DNA from: Selaginella moellendorffii
Taxonomy: Eukaryota > Plantae > Lycopodiophyta
Length of the DNA: 64,000 bases
Reading direction: 5' to 3'
Assembly (NCBI RefSeq): GCF_000143415.4
Contig: NW_003314337.1
Coordinates: forward strand, 637,234 to 701,233
In this document: piece after piece, positions 61,636-64,000 of the stretch
Numbering within the stretch: the stretch's first letter is position 1
Layout: every line of letters starts with the position of its first letter
The notes under the pieces: model-generated
What the model was told of the DNA's origin: nothing
Seen by the model: the letters and a program-made list of their open reading frames with translations, nothing else
Database searches by the model: none
Translations under genes and position numbers: made by a program

Positions 61636-63573
61636 ATGGCGGAAGCAGTAGCACAAGCAGCAGACGGTAAGCGGAAGCAATGCGGATCCCCACATGGCAC
61701 TACCAAAAGGTACAGGCGCGATCGTCATTTCTCATCTTCGGATGCGATCAACACCGATGTGAATTACTATGTGCCATGGGAGTATATAGACGGTCTGGTC
61801 CAACAGATGATTGAGCGCTGGAGGTGGCTGCTGATCACAGGTCCGTTCCAGTCGGGGAAGTCGTCATTGATGTATGCCGTAGCGGATGCTGTAGAAAGCC
61901 AGGGTTATGGTGTTATTGTAACCACGCTCAGCGAGGGCATGGTAGCTGCTGCGAATGATGCGAGTAACGATATGGAAGGCTCAAAGAAATTCTTCCGGCT
62001 GCTGACTGAGTCTATCGAGCGGGATAGTAACGGACTTGTGAAGAGGACGGATGCAGCAGGGGGCATGGAACAGGTGCAGGCAATGTTCCAGAATGCCCCC
62101 TCTTGTCCAAAAAGAGAAGTTGTCTGGTTTATAGACGAGGCTGCGCTCCTCAACGATATAGAGAGGGCAACTGTTGTTAGCTCCTTCCTCACTGGCATGC
62201 GAGCCATCAAGCAAGGATGCAAATCAAGGCGTAAAACAGCAGGTAGTTACTATCTTCGCAGTTTCGTGTTGGTGGGAACTGCCAAGACTAAAAGGCTTCT
62301 TCAAGTCCAGAGACGAGCCAGGATGGCTACGCATCCTGGTGGAGGTCTTGCGTGCGAGCCATCATCTCCTTCTCGGACCCACGATTCTTACAACCCTCTG
62401 TACAATGTGCACAATATTTTTCCCTTAAGCTTTGAGGACACGCGCTCTTTGGAGTTTTTGACAGTGGACCAGATTGTTGGAATGCTCCGCGAGTATGCAC
62501 AGGAACGTGGAGTAGTCTTTACCAGGGGTGACGGTCGAAGCACAGGGACCGAAGCCGCAGTAAAGAAGATTGCCATCAGCATTCACGAGCAGACCAACGG
62601 TTACAAAGGAATGGTGGGAGCGTGCTGTGAGTACTTGCAGAACAAGAACATTTGCACGGTGGTGAAGTGGAAGGGCGCGGTGAGGCTGGGCCGTGTTGTC
62701 GGTCATGTCTTTGACTCGAAGGTCTACTATAGGATCATGGGAAACTTTACCAAGTACCCAGCCGAACTAAGAAGCCTCGTACTGGAATGTGTTGGTTCGG
62801 GAGGCTCTGTTGCACCCAAGTTGGTGGATGTGCTGCCCGCCATCAACGATGGTATGCTCATTCGTCAGGCTGGCGGAATGGTGGGCCTGACCTCAAGCAT
62901 GCTATTGGCGGTTTTTCTAAGGGATTGTGGGTTCTCTTATGAGGAAGCGCTGCCTGCAATTGAGACATTCGAGGAAGCGGTACAGGCTGCGGTTGTCTTC
63001 ATTAAACCGCAGCGTTTGGCGATGGAGGCTAACAGCCAGCCTTCTGAATACATATGGCAGTCTGAGTTACTCTTAGCTCTCAAGTTTGTCTTGGAGAAAG
63101 GCTACATCAAACACAAGTACGTCATTCTCGTTGAAGCCAAGAAGAGGGATAAACATGGTCAAAAAAGAGTTCGTGTGGATTTTTTCTTGAGAAATGCCGG
63201 ATCTCCTCCCGTCGCATTCGAACTGCAGGGAGTCGGGAACAAGGAGTCTATAATCAAGCATATTGAGAAGAGCGAGAGGTACAGGTGCCTTTTTCACAGT
63301 GAGATGAACTACATCTACTTCGCTTATGGAGACGTTCCTGATCCTAAGCCTGTGATTCGAGAGCAGAGCCAACGATTCCCTCTCGTTAAATGCTGGTTCG
63401 TTCAGTACCTTCCAGATGGGAATAGGTGGAACATCGAGTGCGTACAGGGTACATCGGATTGGCATTGTGTTCAGCGTGATGCAGCCAGAAGCTATCCAAG
63501 CTATCTTTATCAGGCAAGGCCGGATCTTCAAGACCACCTAGATGAAGATGATGACGATGACTTTGCAATCTAA
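61636..63573 (+). CDS. Crinkler/CR-type STAND/AAA-like NTPase plus PD-(D/E)xK REase (645 aa from MAEAVAQ)
   Basis: Intact single exon. Walker A GPFQSGKS, Walker B WFIDEA, sensor-like FVLVGT, TNGY.GM. REase SEYIWQSEL...VEAK...RVDFFL...AFEL. N-terminal KRK/KRYRR and acidic tail. Confidence 0.85.
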   Translation: MAEAVAQAADGKRKQCGSPHGTTKRYRRDRHFSSSDAINTDVNYYVPWEYIDGLVQQMIERWRWLLITGPFQSGKSSLMYAVADAVESQGYGVIVTTLSEGMVAAANDASNDMEGSKKFFRLLTESIERDSNGLVKRTDAAGGMEQVQAMFQNAPSCPKREVVWFIDEAALLNDIERATVVSSFLTGMRAIKQGCKSRRKTAGSYYLRSFVLVGTAKTKRLLQVQRRARMATHPGGGLACEPSSPSRTHDSYNPLYNVHNIFPLSFEDTRSLEFLTVDQIVGMLREYAQERGVVFTRGDGRSTGTEAAVKKIAISIHEQTNGYKGMVGACCEYLQNKNICTVVKWKGAVRLGRVVGHVFDSKVYYRIMGNFTKYPAELRSLVLECVGSGGSVAPKLVDVLPAINDGMLIRQAGGMVGLTSSMLLAVFLRDCGFSYEEALPAIETFEEAVQAAVVFIKPQRLAMEANSQPSEYIWQSELLLALKFVLEKGYIKHKYVILVEAKKRDKHGQKRVRVDFFLRNAGSPPVAFELQGVGNKESIIKHIEKSERYRCLFHSEMNYIYFAYGDVPDPKPVIREQSQRFPLVKCWFVQYLPDGNRWNIECVQGTSDWHCVQRDAARSYPSYLYQARPDLQDHLDEDDDDDFAI

Positions 63574-64000
63574 AAGCATTGGATGCCGTTCTGACAACAA
63601 AAACCTTCTGTAGTCGTTGAATTTATAGCAGCCAAGCTCTTTCATTTTCCAGAGTTCATATTGTTAAGCTTTAATTTTTTTTTACTATGGCAGTGATGCT
63701 TCTAGCAGTGGACCTCTGAATCCTCAATCTACCAGGTGTGGCTGCATTTCATCCTCTCAAGTATATACCACTCTTTCCCATTTTACAACAGGGTAAACCA
63801 TCTAACAAGAGGATGTGGCTTGATGCTTCCAACAGTGGACTTCCCAAGCACAAGATGTTAGTTTTTATCATATGGTCATTGTTTACTCAGATTGATTACA
63901 CACTGGAATAGTTCATCCAGTGAGAACCAAATAAACTGCTTGTTAATGATCCTCATTGGAGATTGTTCACTGCAGCACAAGCAATACTATGATGTCTGGA

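Noticed and set aside
61474-61728. Divergent minus-strand ORF overlapping the start of the NTPase-REase gene
   Set aside because: Short, interrupted by a stop and with no recognisable domain; cannot be supported.

Overview
This is a repeat-dense eukaryotic scaffold segment with three N gaps. Very short introns (47-57 nt), telo-boxes, an NMCP/CRWN fragment and Crinkler-like genes suggest a seedless land plant such as Selaginella (inference). Most of the window is nested, decayed Ty3/Gypsy LTR retroelements, solo LTRs and a TRIM-like element. There are two intact single-exon Crinkler/CR-type genes: header-REase-kinase at 23387-25147 (-) and NTPase-REase at 61636-63573 (+). A third, broken CR locus lies at 12.5-14.2 kb. 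The most interesting object is an 8.3-kb DNA transposon at 43993-52322. It has 22-bp TIRs and a 4-bp TSD (GTGT), confirmed by a paralogous empty site at 1293-1296. It encodes a Sola-like/DUF7869 transposase with a C-terminal Tudor/SH3-like domain. It also carries a divergent 9-exon cargo gene of more than 1,350 aa: ParB-like remnant, degenerate beta-class DNA methyltransferase fold, acidic linker, FCP1/NIF-like HAD domain. The element holds at least 15 copies of one 22-bp palindrome (ATGGCRTG-N6-CAYGCCAT), including one in each of three consecutive introns. Two more methyltransferase-like pseudogenes occur in the window. One is next to another DUF7869-type transposase fragment; the other is preceded by a different 32-bp palindrome family. 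Together these suggest a transposon family carrying a methyltransferase-fold protein plus cognate palindromic sites, possibly an anti-silencing or parS-like module. All domain calls are by-eye motif recognition and need HMM or structure confirmation.
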